From NCBI GenBank assembly GCA_963693365.1, contig CAVNZM010000009.1:145641-209640 (forward strand): DNA of 64,000 bases. Direction: 5' to 3'. A model generated the notes under the pieces. It was not told where the DNA came from, did no database searches, and saw only the letters and a list, made by a program, of their open reading frames with translations. Positions 61,048 to 64,000 of this stretch are shown here, in pieces. The stretch is from Amoebidium appalachense (Eukaryota > Protista > Ichthyosporea). Each line of letters starts with the position of its first letter. Positions within the stretch are counted from its first letter, which is position 1. A program made the translations under genes and the position numbers.

Positions 61048-62478
61048 GTTGCTGTCGCTCCCTGTTCTGTGGCATGGATACCCCGGCCTGACCCATTCTG
61101 CGTGTGCAGGACTTTATGATCCAGGGGGGTGATCCGACAGGCACAGGCCGTGGGGGCGAGTCCATCTATGGGTATGTGGGCGTGTTGGGTGGTGGTTTTG
61201 GGGGGAGGGGAGAGGTGGAGGGGGGGGGAGGGGTCTGGTGGTGGTGGTGGCTAAGAGGGGGGGGGGGGGGGGGGATTGTGGTGCGTCCATGGTGGTATGT
61301 GTGTGGTGGTGATTTGAGGGGAGGCGGGGGGTGAGGGGGGAAAGAAGGAGGGAGCGGAGGGGGTGGGAGTGGGAGGGGGGGATTGTGAAGCTTATGTGTG
61401 TGTGTGGCAGTGGCGGTGGGTTGGGACCGAAGGAGGGGGGAGGGGGGAGGGGTTGTGGTGCATATATGGGGGTGTGTGTGTGGTGGGGGAGAGGGGCAGG
61501 GGGGAGGGGGGGCATCTGTGGGCGTGCCTATGTTTTGGGAAGTCGGTGCCGCATCCCTGGTTATATGTAATGGGAGGGAAGGAGAAGAAGGGGGGAGGGG
61601 GGGGGGGGAAAGGGGAGAGGGGGGCATCTATCGGTGTGTATGTGGGGATGGGTATATCCCCGAGATCTACTTAACACTATGGTCTACCTAGTCCTTTCTT
61701 TGTCATTGTTACTTCCCCTTCCCCCACCCACCCACCCACCCACCCCCACTCCCCCCTCTCGGTTCCCCTCCTCAAGAAGGCACCACATCCACAGAGGGGA
61801 AGGGGGGAGGGGGGGGGGGGGAAGGGGGGGGGGGGAGGGGGGGAAGTGGAGAGACAGAGACACACACAGAGAAAGAACAGAGAGAAAGAAGGGGGGGGGA
61901 GGAAAGAGACAGATCCCGCACACTCTTTCCCTCCCTCCCTCTCGCCCTCTCCCTTCCCCTCTCCCTCTCCCTCTCTCCCTCCCCCCCCACGTCTCCTCCA
62001 TATTTCCATCCGTCTTACACATACATCACCCCCCACCTCTCTCTCTCTCTCGCTCATTCCTTTCTTCCCCAACAAAAAAAAGGTGGGGCGTAGCTATCCA
62101 ATTTTTGCCACTTGAAGGGCCCTGATTGGCAAACTTTTGATCAAACAAAATAACCACCCACTAACCCATATACCCTTTTATCCCCCCAGGGGCAAGTTTC
62201 AAGACGAGTGCACACCCAAACTCAAACACACAGGGGCAGGGATCCTGTCCATGGCTAACAGTGGGCCAAACACAAATGGCAGCCAGTTCTTTATCACACT
62301 GGCACCCACAGCACACCTGGATGGTAGGCATGCATGTGTTTGTGTGGGTGTGTGTGTGGGTGTGGGTGTGTGTGTGTGTGTGTGTGTGTTTGTTTGTTGG
62401 TATGTGTCCGTGTGTGCGTGTATGCTTGTGCATGCATTTTTCCCTACCGTACACCTGCTCTACACATACACATGTGCG

Positions 62479-62560
<82 letters not shown>

Positions 62561-63049
62561 GGTTGCTGGCATACACAGATACGCATGGGGTTGAGTAGTT
62601 TGTGAAGAACCTTCCTTTTTCCGTCCTTGAGTTTGATGTCTTCGATGGTAGAACTTGTGGTTGGATTAAGGTTGTGAGCTATTGGTGTGCTTTTGTTCGC
62701 AGGTGCCGATCTGCATATGGGATAAGCCCACCCCCCCCCCCCCCCCCCCCCCCTCTCTCTCTTTCCCCCCCCCCCCCTCCCCGGGACCCTCATGTATTGT
62801 GTAGAGCCATAGCAAACGGTTTATGGATGTAGTAGACGTGTATGGAGGGGGCGTGTAGTTCATGGTGTGATGTGTGTGCCTGTGCGCCTGTGTGCCTGCA
62901 TGTGCCTGTGTGGGGGGCCGTAGCATGTGCACGGGCATGCTCACTCTCTGTGTCTCTACTACAGGCAAGCACACGATTTTTGGGCGGGTCAGCACGGGGC
63001 TGGCTGTGGTCAACCGCATAGGTCTGGTGGAGACGGACAGCAAGGACAG
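57870..63049 (+). CDS. PPIL1: Spliceosomal cyclophilin PPIL1 (last exon lies beyond the window end)
   Basis: Exons 57870-57917, 59441-59506, 60415-60462, 61110-61171, 62190-62323, 62965-63049 give [81 protein letters not shown]...[61 protein letters not shown]. Confidence 0.93.
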
Positions 63050-63387
63050 GTGCGTGCACATGCACTGGCCCTGCGTGCATGTGTGACTGTTTGACTGTGT
63101 GACCTCCCCCCCCCCCCCCCCCCCTCCCCCCCCCCCCTCCTCCGCACAGATCCGGGGAGGGGGGGGGGGGGGGGGGGGATGTGTTACAGAGCTACACATC
63201 AACGACCGACAACACAGTGCAGATTGCAAAGCACATTGCACGCTCATTTGTGCATGCCTAGCAAGAAGTGCATGGTGTTGTCCGTCGCGAATGTGGTAGT
63301 TCGTTCTCTGCAAAATATCTTTACCTCCCCAACCCCCCCCCCCCCCCCACCCCCCCCCCACCCCCCCCTCCACCCACCCACTCACCC

Positions 63388-63472
<85 letters not shown>

Positions 63473-63603
63473 TTTCCTGTGTTCAAATGCTCTGCGTATA
63501 TGGCCTGTCCAATCTATGCACCGTGTTCCGTGTTCGTCTCTCCACAAAGTAATGAGTTTGCCAGGTAGCACCATGCCATGCAATCAATCCATTCCCCTCC
63601 CCC

Positions 63604-63640
<37 letters not shown>

Positions 63641-63784
63641 TCCCCCGCCCACACACACACACACACACCACACCCAAAAAAAAAAATCACTACCACAATT
63701 ACCACGTGCATGCATGTCTATACGATCAGGGCCTTCAAGGTCAGCGGAACATTTTCAAATCCGCAAAGCACTCACATTAACCCT

Positions 63785-63818
<34 letters not shown>

Positions 63819-64000
63819 CCTCCCGGAGACCGCTTTACTTCCATGCAACCGGGCATGGTTGCTCTGTGTCGTGCATCTGTAAGCACATACGCATTTTCTG
63901 CTGCACTGCATTAGTTTGCACACACATATTCACCGTTTTGCTCACCTTGCTTGCATAAGCAACCCTGCTCGTTTTTGATCAAGACGGGTTGACCCTCCCA

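Noticed and set aside
63720-63960. Candidate last exon of PPIL1 (RAFKVSG...)
   Set aside because: It does not give the expected PxxxVxI strand. The window ends in acceptor-like TTGACCCTCCCA, so the real exon is probably just outside.

Overview
Eukaryotic, intron-rich genomic DNA whose introns are saturated with (CA)n/(GT)n, (GA)n and poly-G/poly-C tracts. Almost all entries in the ORF track are microsatellite translations. Manual splicing recovers seven host genes: a GT49 (LARGE/B4GAT1-like) glycosyltransferase (+), VAMP4-like R-SNARE (-), ABCB9/TAP-like half transporter (+), ZRANB3 (+), an Mpv17/PMP22 protein (-), a RAMAC/RAM-like protein (-), and PPIL1 (+, last exon beyond the window end). 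Gene content suggests a unicellular relative of animals (an ichthyosporean-like holozoan); this is inference only. The main accessory elements are an intronless DIRS/Crypton-type tyrosine recombinase with no RT or gag and one homopolymer frameshift, three TIR/foldback MITEs, a probable degenerate non-LTR 3' fragment and many minisatellites. Notable patterns are: splice acceptors defined by a nearby CTRAC branch point or by microsatellites rather than a U-rich tract; complementary (GT)n/(CA)n tracts abutting splice sites; a 7x amplification of the ZRANB3 C-terminal motif plus stop; and a duplicated 3' splice site in the ABC gene.
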